64,000 nt of DNA from Candidatus Bathyarchaeota archaeon (GCA_963753065.1 CAVWAQ010000001.1:451736-515735); one strand, 5' to 3'; shown: positions 27,934 through 38,151, counted from the stretch's first letter. Program-made: numbers and translations. The notes: generated by a model not told the origin, from the sequence alone.

Positions 27934-28401
27934 GTGGAAAGAGGCGGTTCCGTCGCTGCTAGAACAGGGCGTCTTCATTTCTCAGTCTTCTTCGCCTCAG
28001 TCGGAATCGCGTGCGTCTATCTCATTCCTGCGTATGCCGAGCAGCTTGGCGCTGGTTATCTAGATCTGGGATTAACCGGAACAGTCAGATCACTGCCCTC
28101 AGAGGTTCCATCGCCAAAATCGTAGCCTGTTCTATTGGACGATTCATCCATTTTCCTTTTATCGCCGTGTGGTCGCCGATCTGCTTCGATACGAATGGAG
28201 GTGAATGATTTGGTCTTTCATCCCGGTGCCGCACTTGTTCTATTTGGCCTAATCCGTGTTGTGTTGGGCGCGGCGCTTATCATCGGGCTCCTTTACCTGC
28301 TCATGAAGCTTGCGAGGTTGGCGGATGCGATGACTGAGGCGAAGAGGGCGCAAGCCCGATCCGTCCCATCTCAAACGCAATCCGGGTCTTCGACGACATA
28401 G
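27934..28401 (+). pseudogene. possible truncated MFS-transporter N-terminal relic with in-frame TAG
   Basis: FFASVGIACVYLIPAYAEQLGAGYLDLGLTGTVRSLP resembles an MFS TM1-loop-TM2 region. The same frame continues after the TAG at 28126-28128 into ORF 28135-28401, which has one hydrophobic segment. Only about 150 codons are available, which is far too short for an MFS protein. Confidence 0.3.
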
Positions 28402-28404
28402 ACT

Positions 28405-28440
28405 CCCGGATCTTCCGGAGATCTTCTCTCCCCCTTTTTT
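28405..28440 (+). terminator. hairpin plus T-run between convergent genes (candidate terminator)
   Basis: A CCGGA-tct-TCCGG stem-loop at about 28406-28418 is followed by a pyrimidine tract ending in T6 (28435-28440). Confidence 0.3.
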
Positions 28441-28461
28441 CATCTTTGTTATTGTGTACAC

Positions 28462-29664
28462 TCACGACCGCATGAACTGCTCGATTCTATCCGCTGCCTC
28501 ATCGATCACATTGATCGATGGTAGAAATACTGTCCTGAAGTGCTCTGCTCCGTAGGTCTGGTCAAATCCCGATCCGTTGACAACCAGCACCCCAGTTTTC
28601 TTGACTAGATCAACGGCGAATTCCTTATCGGACTTCCAGCGGCCATTCAGCGAAATCCGAGGGAAGAGGTAGAACGCCCCTTTTGGAGTTGTGCAGGAGA
28701 GGCCGTCGATCGATCGGAGCCTATTCAGGAAATGATCCCTCCGCTTCTTCAACTTGTCTACCATCTTCGCAATGTGTTTCTGCGATCCTTTGAGAGCTTT
28801 CACCGCGGCATATTGTATAGGAGTCGGCGCGCATAGTCGGATCCTGCTTTCTTTCAAGATCGCTTCCTTTAGTCCTTCCAGGGTATTCCCTGGGTCGTAA
28901 AAATACAGGTAGCCAAGGCGCCAGCCAGTCATCACGTATGTCTTGGAGAATCCGTTCAAACCAATCACAGGGGCATCCTTCGCGAGAGAGGCCGTGCTTG
29001 TGAATTTTGAGTCATAAACCAGTCTGTCGTAAATCTCATCCGAGGCGACAAGGAGTTTGTGCTCGGCGGCAATATCTAGCATCTGTTTCAATGTTCGGTC
29101 ATCGTACAGAGACCCAGTTGGGTTGTTCGGGTTCACGATCACCATCGCACGGGTTCTGCTCGTTATCTTCTTGCGCAAGTCCTCAAGATCGGGGAGCCAG
29201 TCATCATCTTCAACAGTCCTGTACGCAACAGGGGTTCCGCCGAAGTACTTCACGAAGGAGATGTACGGGGGATACGTAGGTCCTGGTACCAGTATCTCAT
29301 CGCCGGGCTGGACAAGGGCCCCCATCAGGAACTGGATCCCTTCGGAGATACCTGAGGTCACTATGACATCTTCGTTTGAGATCGGCACTGAATTCGTTCT
29401 CTTCTCCTTTTCAGCAATTGCCTCCCTGAGAGTCGGAATGCCCTCTGAAGCTGCGTAGAAGTTGCAGCCGTTCTCCACTGCCTTTGTGAGAGCCCTTCTA
29501 ACGTGAGCTGGAGTTTGGAAATCGAATTTAGCTGGGTCCCCAATGTTAAGGTAAATTACCTTTTTGCCTGACCGTTCCACTTCCTTAGCGACCGCTAGCA
29601 TATCCCTGATTGCATATTCGATCTCACTGGCACGACTAGCAACTTGCACTCTGTTCTGAATCAA
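28462..29664 (-). CDS. class I/II PLP aminotransferase (alanine/aspartate aminotransferase-like)
   Basis: 400-aa ORF with NPNNPTG, the PLP-lysine context GFSKTYVMTGWRLGY and GDPAKFDF near the N-terminus. Confidence 0.9.
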   Translation of the reverse strand: MIQNRVQVASRASEIEYAIRDMLAVAKEVERSGKKVIYLNIGDPAKFDFQTPAHVRRALTKAVENGCNFYAASEGIPTLREAIAEKEKRTNSVPISNEDVIVTSGISEGIQFLMGALVQPGDEILVPGPTYPPYISFVKYFGGTPVAYRTVEDDDWLPDLEDLRKKITSRTRAMVIVNPNNPTGSLYDDRTLKQMLDIAAEHKLLVASDEIYDRLVYDSKFTSTASLAKDAPVIGLNGFSKTYVMTGWRLGYLYFYDPGNTLEGLKEAILKESRIRLCAPTPIQYAAVKALKGSQKHIAKMVDKLKKRRDHFLNRLRSIDGLSCTTPKGAFYLFPRISLNGRWKSDKEFAVDLVKKTGVLVVNGSGFDQTYGAEHFRTVFLPSINVIDEAADRIEQFMRS

Positions 29665-29844
29665 CGCGCCATGCCCGCAGTGAGCAGAGACGACCTTGTA
29701 CTTGATGGTTTTGTCCCGTTGTGCGGGCGCCCAGCACGATCAGCAAACCTAATTGGCCTGCGATGCCTGCCGCTGCATGCCCTTGATCCTGATCATGCGA
29801 AGAACAACTGTTGTTGGCATCGTATCAACTGTGACTCAGGTCGC

Positions 29845-30573
29845 ATGCAAGTAGGGATAGTCTTGGAATCCGGAACAGATTTCCTTCTTCCGGAATGGGA
29901 GAAACTGCGCGAGGAGATCATTTCATGCACTCGCTGCCCGAGACTTGTGAAGTATCGGAGGGAGATTGCCTCTAAGAAAAAGAAAGAGTTCACCAACTGG
30001 AGATACTGGGGAGCGCCCCTCCCGGGGTTTGGCGATACACAAGCCCAACTTCTGATAGTCGGGCTAGCCCCCGCTGCCCATGGTGGCAACCGGACCGGAC
30101 GGATGTTCACAGGGGATGGTTCCGCGAACTTCCTCATGCGCGCACTACACAAAGCTGAGTTTGCGAACCAACCTACATCTGTTCATGATCGGGATGGTTT
30201 GCAGATGATGAATTCGTTCATGACTGCAGTGGTGCGTTGCGCTCCACCTCAGAACAAGCCTCTCGCAAGTGAACTAGCCAACTGTAGTGCCTATTTTGAC
30301 AGGGAACTTGCACTATTGTCGCATGTCAGAGTGGTGTTAGCGCTTGGTCAAGTGGCGTTCAAGGGCTACCTTGACCACCTCAAGCGTCAGGGATTCTCCA
30401 CTGAGCGCTTGAGATTCAGACATGGCCAGAAATATCTAATGCCACCGGGGGTTCCTGTTCTGATCGCATCATATCATCCTAGCAGGCAGAACACACAGAC
30501 TGGGAGGCTAACGCGCACGATGATGAACGCAGCGCTTGATGTCGTCAAGAGTAGCCTAGCAGAGTCGACATAA
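29845..30573 (+). CDS. uracil-DNA glycosylase, family 5 (UdgB-like, Fe-S type)
   Basis: Contains the Cys ligands CTRCPRL, motif A GLAPAAHGGNRTGRMFTGD and motif B YHPSRQN. The ORF opens at 29644, but the family-like sequence starts at the ATG at 29845. Confidence 0.85.
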   Translation: MQVGIVLESGTDFLLPEWEKLREEIISCTRCPRLVKYRREIASKKKKEFTNWRYWGAPLPGFGDTQAQLLIVGLAPAAHGGNRTGRMFTGDGSANFLMRALHKAEFANQPTSVHDRDGLQMMNSFMTAVVRCAPPQNKPLASELANCSAYFDRELALLSHVRVVLALGQVAFKGYLDHLKRQGFSTERLRFRHGQKYLMPPGVPVLIASYHPSRQNTQTGRLTRTMMNAALDVVKSSLAEST

Positions 30574-30688
30574 TTGAGTGGCTCATGGTCAGTCCGCCAC
30601 CGTCAAGGCTACGTATCGGGTCCGAGTGTAGGCTCACAACTCTTTTATAGAGTCCGAAGATGTGTCACATCGGAATCACGTGGTCGGC

Positions 30689-30928
30689 ATGGAACCGTCA
30701 AGGAAGCCGCTGAACGTTCTAGTTAAGAAGCTGAACTCCGACATTACGATCAGGTTGAAGAACGATATCGAGTACCGCGGAAAGATGATCGACTGCGACA
30801 GCCACATGAACATAATCTTGGACGGAGCCATCGAATATAGAAGTAACTCTCCCACGGCAAACTTCGGGAACCTCATTCTGCGAGGAAGTAACGTACTCTA
30901 CATCTGTGTGGACCAGGCACGACAGTAG
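30689..30928 (+). CDS. Sm-like archaeal protein (SmAP/LSm)
   Basis: The 79-aa product contains Sm1 (ITIRLKNDIEYRGKMIDCDSHMNIIL) and Sm2 (LILRGSNVLYI). Confidence 0.85.
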   Translation: MEPSRKPLNVLVKKLNSDITIRLKNDIEYRGKMIDCDSHMNIILDGAIEYRSNSPTANFGNLILRGSNVLYICVDQARQ

Positions 30929-31093
30929 AACGTTCAAAGGTGTCGTTTCCCGCGAGTGCATCCCTTGTGAACAGCAATAGCTCTGCTATTGAATGGCGGT
31001 CGGACCCAACGTCTCTTGAAGTGGCTATCGGCCCGCATCTGGGTCTCCTGCTCCCGATACTATGCTATTGAGCAATGCTAAACAGACTCGTGA

Positions 31094-32746
31094 GTGTCAG
31101 ATGTAGTCAAGGAATTCGGCCGACGGAGCCTGCCCACATTGCTTGACACGCAATACGAGTCAGAGCGACAGCAGCAAGCTTGCCAAGAGATAGCTCGGAG
31201 GCTCCTGCTCGATCGAAGAAATTCCGAAAGCCCGGAAGAACTCAAGCTGATGGTGGCCCGAAGTTATCGGTTATCTAGTATCCCTAGAAATTCGGACATT
31301 CTCGCTGTCGTCTCGGCAGAAGAACGGCGAACACTGCGCGATAGGTTGCAGTTGAAACGTGTCAGGAGTATCTCTGGTGTCCACGTGATTGGGGTAATGT
31401 CGGCGCCCCAGGAATGCCCCCATGGCAGATGCGCATACTGTCCTCATGAAAACGATGCGCCGACAAGCTATACCGGGTATGAGCCAGCCGCAATGCGCGC
31501 CAAGCAGAACAACTTCGATCCATATGCTCAGTTGTCAAGTAGACTAACCCAACTGGAAGCCATTGGCCATCGAACATCTAAGGTTGAGATCGTTGTCCAA
31601 GGCGGGACCTTCCTAGCGCGCCCCTTAGCATATCAGCAGCATTTCATGAAGCGATGCCTGGATGCTCTGAATGGGTCCGACAGCCTTTCCCTTGACGAAG
31701 CGAAATGCAAAGCATGGTCAAGCTCGGTTAGAAACGTCGGGATGACTTTTGAGACACGCCCGGATTGGGCTCGCGCTGAACATGTGGACCTGATGCTGTC
31801 CTATGGCGCTACCCGAGTTGAAATCGGCGTTCAGACGCTTGATGACAATGTGCTTCGACTTGTCGAGCGCGGCCACTCCGTACAAGACGTGGTCAAATCG
31901 TTTCAGATCGCCAAAGATGCTGGGTTGAAGATAGTTGCTCACATGATGCCTGGGCTGCCGGGCTCGACATCTAAGCAGGACCTGGACGGATTCAAACGAC
32001 TAGTCTCGGACCCCGACTTTCGACCTGACATGCTGAAGATCTATCCTTGCCTAGTTGTCCGCGGAACGAAGGCCCATGATTGGTGGCGGAACGGCACATA
32101 CATGCCGCTTGACGTAGAGGCTGCAGTGGGCCTGATTGCGAGTGTGAAGGAATTCATCCCTCCTTGGATGCGGATCATGAGGGTTCAGCGCGAAATACCA
32201 GCAAGGCTCATCCTGGCGGGACCCAACAAAGGCAACCTTCGCGAACGTGCGCTCACGCTCATGAGGGAAAACGGGAGACGCTGCAGGTGTATTCGGTGTC
32301 GCGAAGTGGGTCATCGAAGAACGAAAGAGAATGTGGAACCGGACCCTGAAGATGTCATACTCATCAGAAGACACTACGAATCATCGGGCGGAACGGAGAT
32401 CTTCCTCTCCAAAGAGGACCCGAAGACGGATACACTGATAGCATATCTACGTCTCAGAGTTCCGTCCCCATCAGCACACAGGATCGAGATCAGTCCAGAG
32501 AGATCCTCAATCGTGAGAGAACTGCACGTATACGGTCCAGCTGTTCCCGTCGGAGAACATGACGCAGGGGCTTGGCAACACAAAGGTTACGGGATCTCAC
32601 TCCTGAAGGAGGCCGAAAGAATATCCATGGAGGACTATGATGTCAAGAAGATCCTTGTTCTCAGTGCACTTGGAACTAGGGAGTACTACTCGCGGGTCGG
32701 CTACACGCAGGACGGACCATACATGGCCAAGTACTTGCGCGAGTAG
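31094..32746 (+). CDS. elp3: Elp3-type radical SAM plus GNAT tRNA wobble-uridine modification enzyme
   Basis: 550-aa ORF with a GTG start. It has the radical-SAM Cys cluster CPHGRCAYCP and a C-terminal acetyltransferase block HKGYGISLLKEAERI. Confidence 0.9.
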   Translation: MSDVVKEFGRRSLPTLLDTQYESERQQQACQEIARRLLLDRRNSESPEELKLMVARSYRLSSIPRNSDILAVVSAEERRTLRDRLQLKRVRSISGVHVIGVMSAPQECPHGRCAYCPHENDAPTSYTGYEPAAMRAKQNNFDPYAQLSSRLTQLEAIGHRTSKVEIVVQGGTFLARPLAYQQHFMKRCLDALNGSDSLSLDEAKCKAWSSSVRNVGMTFETRPDWARAEHVDLMLSYGATRVEIGVQTLDDNVLRLVERGHSVQDVVKSFQIAKDAGLKIVAHMMPGLPGSTSKQDLDGFKRLVSDPDFRPDMLKIYPCLVVRGTKAHDWWRNGTYMPLDVEAAVGLIASVKEFIPPWMRIMRVQREIPARLILAGPNKGNLRERALTLMRENGRRCRCIRCREVGHRRTKENVEPDPEDVILIRRHYESSGGTEIFLSKEDPKTDTLIAYLRLRVPSPSAHRIEISPERSSIVRELHVYGPAVPVGEHDAGAWQHKGYGISLLKEAERISMEDYDVKKILVLSALGTREYYSRVGYTQDGPYMAKYLRE

Positions 32747-32818
32747 CGGCGACTCGCACAGGTTTTAACTCTCAGCCCACCTTCACGTATCCGGGCACTT
32801 GCACCAAGTGAAACGCAA

Positions 32819-34162
32819 ATGCATGAGTTGACCGGATACAAGGGGGAAAGTCTTGACTTGATCAAATCCGCCGGTGCTTCCATCGGAGACAAGGTGAAGC
32901 TAACAACAGAAGAAGGGAAGATCGTTGAGGGTCTACTGATGCCCCGAGTGGCCGGCGGAGACGAGATTCACGTCGTGTTGAAACTCGCGACGGGTTACAA
33001 TGTGGGGGTCAAGATCAACGAGAAGGCTCGGATTCAGGTTCTTGGCGCCGGCGCAAAGCCTACGCTGTCAAGACCACCTATGCCCAATCCAACGAAAGGG
33101 CTTCCCCGCGTAACAATCTTCAGCACCGGTGGGACAATTGCCAGTCGAGTTGACTATCGGACAGGTGCTGTTGAAGCGGCATTATCGGCGGAGGATCTGT
33201 ACAGTTTCGTTCCCGAATTGGCATCAGAGGCCAACGTAACTGCAAAGGTCCTCTACAGTTTGTTTAGTGAGAACTTCACAGCGAAACATTGGAAGGAAAT
33301 AGCGATGATTGTCAGCGATGAAATCCGGTCCGGAGTATCAGGCGTCGTGATCGCTCAAGGCACAGACACGCTAGGTTACTGTGCAGCGGCGCTAAGTTTC
33401 GCACTTCAATCCACACCCGTCCCCATTGTGTTTGTGGCTGCTCAGAGGTCTTCCGACAGGCCGAGCTCGGATGCGGCGACGAACCTGATCGGAGCAGTAG
33501 GTGTAGCAGCAAGAGCGCCTTTTGCTGGAGTCGTTGCGGTAATGCATAGGTGGTTATCAGATGACACCCTGCTGGTCCACAGGGGGACGAAGGTTCGCAA
33601 ATGTCACACGAGCAGGCGCGACGCATTCAAGTCGATAGGCGTAACTCCGCTAGCTCGTTTCCACGTCGAAAGTAGAAAACTGGAGATACTGGGGAGGGAC
33701 TTCCCCGCTCGCGGATCATCAGAAGTCGTATGCAAGCCGAACTTTGATGATCGTGTCGCGCTCGTCAAATTCTATCCGGGCATGGATCCGGGTATCGTCG
33801 ACTGGTATGTGACAAATGGGTACCATGGTCTGATTCTTGAGGGAACGGGCCTTGGTCACGTGAGTGCACGCTGCTATCCCAGCATCGAACGAGCAGTGAA
33901 GAGCGGCATCTTCGTGGGCATGACATCCCAATGCCTGTGGGGGAGAGTTGACATGAACGTCTACTCGACAGGCATCGACTTGCAGAAGATCGGTGTTCAC
34001 CCTCTGGAAGACATGCTGCCGGAGACAGCACTTGTGAAGCTAATGTGGGTGCTCGGCCAGACCGGCGAAGCTCGAGAAATCGCAGAACTGATGCGCTCGA
34101 ACCTGGCCGGAGAAATCAGCCCAAGAAGACTGGAGGTCCCGGAAAATGACGAAGACCATTGA
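32819..34162 (+). CDS. gatD: Glu-tRNA(Gln) amidotransferase subunit D
   Basis: 447-aa ORF with an asparaginase-like core FSTGGTIASRVDYRTGAV and AQGTDTL. It overlaps gatE by 17 nt. Confidence 0.9.
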   Translation: MHELTGYKGESLDLIKSAGASIGDKVKLTTEEGKIVEGLLMPRVAGGDEIHVVLKLATGYNVGVKINEKARIQVLGAGAKPTLSRPPMPNPTKGLPRVTIFSTGGTIASRVDYRTGAVEAALSAEDLYSFVPELASEANVTAKVLYSLFSENFTAKHWKEIAMIVSDEIRSGVSGVVIAQGTDTLGYCAAALSFALQSTPVPIVFVAAQRSSDRPSSDAATNLIGAVGVAARAPFAGVVAVMHRWLSDDTLLVHRGTKVRKCHTSRRDAFKSIGVTPLARFHVESRKLEILGRDFPARGSSEVVCKPNFDDRVALVKFYPGMDPGIVDWYVTNGYHGLILEGTGLGHVSARCYPSIERAVKSGIFVGMTSQCLWGRVDMNVYSTGIDLQKIGVHPLEDMLPETALVKLMWVLGQTGEAREIAELMRSNLAGEISPRRLEVPENDEDH

Positions 34163-36059
34163 CTATGACTCCATAGGTCTCAAGGTAGGCATTGAAATCC
34201 ATAGGCAGCTCGACACCAAGAAGAAGCTCTTCTGCGATTGTCCCACGACGATGTCAGATGCGGATCCATCCGTTCGTTTCCTGAGAAGGCTTCGTCCCAC
34301 GCAAAGCGAGTTAGGTCAAGTCGATCCTGCGGCGCTTTTTGAGTTCCAGAAAGGCCGAGCTGTAATCTACGAGTCTGACGATGGAACGTCGTGTCTGGTC
34401 GAGATGGATGAGGAGCCCCCCAAGGACCTGAATCCCGAAGCCGTGGAGATCGCACTCGCAGCCTCAGCTCTGACGAATGCGCAGCCGGTTGACGAGATCC
34501 ACGTCATGAGGAAGATAGTGATCGACGGTTCGAACACGACAGGGTTCCAGAGAACTTGTGTGGTAGCGATGGACGGCTGGGTTACTGTCGATGAGAAGAA
34601 GATTCCGATTCAACAAATATCCCTTGAAGAAGATGCAGCGCGAAAGACTAGCGAGTCCGGGCTTACGGTGAACTATCGGATAGACCGGCTCGGCATTCCT
34701 CTGATCGAAATATCTACTGGACCGGTCATAACCTCACCCGAGGAAACGGAACGAGTTGCCAAAGCAATCGGAGATATCCTCAGGGACACTGGCCGCGTTA
34801 AGCGCGGACTTGGGACAGTAAGGCAAGACCTCAATGTCTCAATTCGAGACGGAGCGCTGATTGAGATAAAAGGCGTTCAAGCGCTTGACCTGATTTCGAA
34901 AGTCATCAGCTATGAGGTGTCCAGGCAACTGGAACTGCTGCTGATCAGGGGTCAATTGGTCTCCCGTGGGAGTAAAGAAGCTCACGTTGGCAACGAGTTC
35001 ATTGACGTTTCGACTCTCTTCTCCAATACGAAATCAAAGCTGATTCGTGAAGCTCTTGGTTCGGGAGGCATCGCCCTCGCTGTGAAAATACCGGGCTTTG
35101 GTGGGTTGTTGGGGAGAGAGCTGGCACCTGGGCTTCGTCTTGGAACCGAGATGGCGAGCAGGGCGAGCTTCTGGGGCAGGGTGGGAGGAATCTTCCACAC
35201 GGACGAACTGCCGGCATATGGCATCTCAGAAGATGAGGCCCTCTCAATGAAACGAACTTTAGGCTGCGGAGAACTAGACGCTGTAGTCATGGTTGCCGAT
35301 CACAAGGACAAGGCGGTAGATGCTCTCACCGCGGTTGTCGAAAGGGCACGCGAAGCGTTGCTCGGCGTGCCAACGGAAACCAGGACAGCAGTCGCAGATG
35401 GAACGACACGATACATGCGTCCACGTCCAGGCGCATCTAGAATGTATCCTGAGACAGATGTGCCTCCGGTGGGAATCTCACAGCAACAACTCGCGCAGAT
35501 CCGAGCAGGATTGCCGCCACCTCGGGAGGTGGTTATGCAGCAGATTCTGACGAAATATCACCTGAACAGCAAGCTTGCGAGTCAATTGATTGATTCGGAT
35601 TACCTTGATGTGTTCAAGCACGTGTGTTCAGAGCAAGGGATAGCTCCCAGTTTCGTGGCGACAGTACTGACTGAGAATCTCAAGAGCCTTGGTAGAGAAG
35701 GCGTCCCGGTTAGCGAACTGACGCCTAAACACTTGGAGTCGGTATTCTCAGCTGTCCGTGCCGGGACAGTGGCGAAGGAGGCAGCTCCGTCAATCCTAGC
35801 GTGGCTTTCAAAGAATAGCAGTCGTACTGTCGAGGATGCGATCCAAGAGCTGGGGATGCGGATGCTCTCTGAACATGAGCTCCTGAGGATCATAGACAAG
35901 ATCATCGAGTTCAACGCCGATTTGATCAAAGAGAAAGGCGAAGGCGCATATGGAAAGATCATGGGGTTGGTCATGAGCGAAGTTCGAGGGTCAGCAGACC
36001 CAGGCGAAGTAACCAGACTGATTAGGGCGAGAATTAGGGAGACGATGCGAAAGAGGTAA
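34146..36059 (+). CDS. gatE: Glu-tRNA(Gln) amidotransferase subunit E
   Basis: 637-aa ORF with the GatB/E core GLKVGIEIHRQL..KLFC.CP and RQDLNVSI, plus a C-terminal YqeY-like tail. Confidence 0.9.
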   Translation: MTKTIDYDSIGLKVGIEIHRQLDTKKKLFCDCPTTMSDADPSVRFLRRLRPTQSELGQVDPAALFEFQKGRAVIYESDDGTSCLVEMDEEPPKDLNPEAVEIALAASALTNAQPVDEIHVMRKIVIDGSNTTGFQRTCVVAMDGWVTVDEKKIPIQQISLEEDAARKTSESGLTVNYRIDRLGIPLIEISTGPVITSPEETERVAKAIGDILRDTGRVKRGLGTVRQDLNVSIRDGALIEIKGVQALDLISKVISYEVSRQLELLLIRGQLVSRGSKEAHVGNEFIDVSTLFSNTKSKLIREALGSGGIALAVKIPGFGGLLGRELAPGLRLGTEMASRASFWGRVGGIFHTDELPAYGISEDEALSMKRTLGCGELDAVVMVADHKDKAVDALTAVVERAREALLGVPTETRTAVADGTTRYMRPRPGASRMYPETDVPPVGISQQQLAQIRAGLPPPREVVMQQILTKYHLNSKLASQLIDSDYLDVFKHVCSEQGIAPSFVATVLTENLKSLGREGVPVSELTPKHLESVFSAVRAGTVAKEAAPSILAWLSKNSSRTVEDAIQELGMRMLSEHELLRIIDKIIEFNADLIKEKGEGAYGKIMGLVMSEVRGSADPGEVTRLIRARIRETMRKR

Positions 36060-36077
36060 TTGGATAGGGCGCTTCCG

Positions 36078-36449
36078 CTACTTCCAGAGTACTTCCTCAT
36101 CTTTTAGTACGTTGTACCCTAGCCGCTGGAACCGCTCTATGTCGTGCTGGAGGAACAATGTCAGCGCGGTTTCAGTGAACGCCTCAAGGAAAGACTCCCC
36201 GCAGATACTGCAAACCTTCTCACTCATTCTGTTCATTACCTGTCGCCCCATAGAATCCGTTCGTAAGAATGGCCACTCCAACTTGAGTGTCATCCGGGTG
36301 ATTGTCGATGTTTGAGCATTCGAATACCATCCACGTATTCCATCTCTCTTCGCCCAAGAACTCCAACCTTCACATCCGCTATGTCCATGATGGAACGATA
36401 ATAATGCTTGTGTAGACTGACCGGCCCCGCAGTGAGGCGGGGCTATCAT
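36078..36449 (-). CDS. hypothetical protein
   Basis: 123-aa ORF with a 4-nt start/stop overlap with the upstream ArsR-like gene, which suggests coupling. I recognised no family. The true start could be an internal ATG (MNRMSEKVCSICGESF..). Confidence 0.35.
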   Translation of the reverse strand: MIAPPHCGAGQSTQALLSFHHGHSGCEGWSSWAKRDGIRGWYSNAQTSTITRMTLKLEWPFLRTDSMGRQVMNRMSEKVCSICGESFLEAFTETALTLFLQHDIERFQRLGYNVLKDEEVLWK

Positions 36450-37393
36450 TCGAGGAACTCTACGTCGTCGATCAAGCCATCTTGGTTTGCGTCGACTCCA
36501 GACACTACGCGCGCGACAACCTCGCGGTTGAAGACATTCCCGGAGGCTATGTCCTCGGTGTATTTTACGAAGGCCATGATTGCAGCTTGGGTGCCTGCGG
36601 TCTCGTTGCCTGCGAGAACGATCACTTTGGAGTCTGGGTTCATCGGATTTCTGATCATCTGAACTGCGCCGTCTTGGGGTTCGGCATATGTTCGCTCTGA
36701 AATCGTAGACATTATCACGTCTGGCCCGGTGAGTTCGTATGTAATTGGAAGGAACTCGTTCATCATCATCGCGATCGTATTGACCCTCGGATTTCCAAGC
36801 AAGATCAGATTGCCCAAGATTTGCTGTTGTGTTAGCTCCGTGTCGAGTTTGACCACATTCGTTCTGACGAGCGGGAGAAGAGATCCTAGAAAGAAGGCGA
36901 GATAAGACGCATAGTAACCGCCCAAGTCCCTCTCTCTGAAGATGCCATGTTGATCAGGACTTCCGACCACAACATGCCCGTTGAAGATACCATTGAAAAC
37001 GTATGGCGCAAGCAATTTCGTGCTCGCATCTGAGAGTGTAGTCTCTTCAGTCTCAGAGTTTGGTTTCTCGAGTTTGGACGCAATCACAGCAATCGCGGTG
37101 TGTTCGGCTCGATAGTACTTCGCTACTGCGCCCCGACGTCGCTCACGTCTTTGGAGCTGGATGAATCCCACCTTCTCCAGCTCCTTCAGGTGATAACACA
37201 CGACTTGTTGACTTGCGTTGAGTTTCTTTGAGAGTTCCCGCGCGCATTGTTCAACTGTCGCGAGCTCTTGGAGGATCTTCCAACGCATCGGCTGGAGCAA
37301 GGCCTGAGCAGGCGCAGGGTCTTCGAAAACCTTCACTGGGACAGGTTGCCCGCCTCGCCTGTCTTTGAGTATTAGGTAGGACATCGAAACCAA
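36446..37393 (-). CDS. ArsR-family winged-helix protein with large C-terminal domain ending in an EF-hand-type loop
   Basis: The N-terminal wHTH is MRWKILQELATVEQCARELSKKLNASQQVVCYHLKELEKVGFI. A ~200-aa uncharacterised domain follows. The last 15 aa, DANQDGLIDDVEFLE, fit the EF-hand calcium-binding loop pattern. Confidence 0.7.
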   Translation of the reverse strand: MVSMSYLILKDRRGGQPVPVKVFEDPAPAQALLQPMRWKILQELATVEQCARELSKKLNASQQVVCYHLKELEKVGFIQLQRRERRRGAVAKYYRAEHTAIAVIASKLEKPNSETEETTLSDASTKLLAPYVFNGIFNGHVVVGSPDQHGIFRERDLGGYYASYLAFFLGSLLPLVRTNVVKLDTELTQQQILGNLILLGNPRVNTIAMMMNEFLPITYELTGPDVIMSTISERTYAEPQDGAVQMIRNPMNPDSKVIVLAGNETAGTQAAIMAFVKYTEDIASGNVFNREVVARVVSGVDANQDGLIDDVEFLE

Positions 37394-37599
37394 TCAAGGA
37401 GATCATGCATCATTACTAAAGTCGTTTCTTGACTGGTCTGTGCGTGAACTCTTGACAAGAAAGTCCCGTGATGTGCACGAGCTACGCCGTAGAGCGAGGA
37501 GCGTAGAGTGATCGCAAGCATCTACCAGATTCTGAGTAAATACGCTTTTTCGCGTAAGCCTTATCAAGAGACTGCCTGTATTGCGGTGGCGAGCATGTC

Positions 37600-38151
37600 A
37601 TGAGACTCTTCGCACCGACCGCCGGACGCCAAGTCGCTTTCGTTGCTTCAATGGGGGCTTTGGGCAATGTCCTAGCTCTTCTCACAGTCACCATACCAAC
37701 ACCGGTGAGCCAGATAGCTCCCGACCTATCACACGTTGGCACATTGATCGTCGCACTATATTCTGGGCCGGTGCTAGGCGGAATCACGGGGGCGTTGGTC
37801 AGCATCGTACCGTTCTATCGATTTGGCGTCGCCGGATGGTACGGGCCGCTTGTCGGTTTCCTCATAATTCCGCTGAAATCATTGACCGGGATTACTGCCG
37901 GCTTCCTCGGCAAGAAATTGCGACCGGCGCTTGCGACTTTGCTTGGGTATGTGCCGGAGTGCGTTTCCACGTATGCTTTCTTCATGTTGGTGGTGCCCTT
38001 CTTCCTTCCTCAAGTCGGGCAGTATGTCACTCAGGGGTTTGTCATTCTGGTTCTCGCAAAAGCTTGGGTGGAGCTAGGCATAATCGCAGTAATCATGGAG
38101 GCCATCAAACGGCGCGACATTGTCGGCCGTATACTTGGCAAGACAAACTAA
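37600..38151 (+). CDS. integral membrane protein (ECF-transporter S-component-like size and topology)
   Basis: 183-aa ORF with about 5-6 TM segments. The family call is tentative. Confidence 0.5.
   Translation: MRLFAPTAGRQVAFVASMGALGNVLALLTVTIPTPVSQIAPDLSHVGTLIVALYSGPVLGGITGALVSIVPFYRFGVAGWYGPLVGFLIIPLKSLTGITAGFLGKKLRPALATLLGYVPECVSTYAFFMLVVPFFLPQVGQYVTQGFVILVLAKAWVELGIIAVIMEAIKRRDIVGRILGKTN

Noticed and set aside
28126-28128. The in-frame TAG as a pyrrolysine codon
   Set aside because: There are no pyl genes or methylamine methyltransferase context in the window. The surrounding ORF is far too short for the family it resembles, so a relic is the simpler reading.
37468-37535. Candidate C/D-box sRNA (GTGATGT ... 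CTGA) upstream of the 37600 membrane protein gene
   Set aside because: The C box is imperfect. There are no recognisable D' or C' boxes. There is no terminal stem or kink-turn pairing between the flanks.
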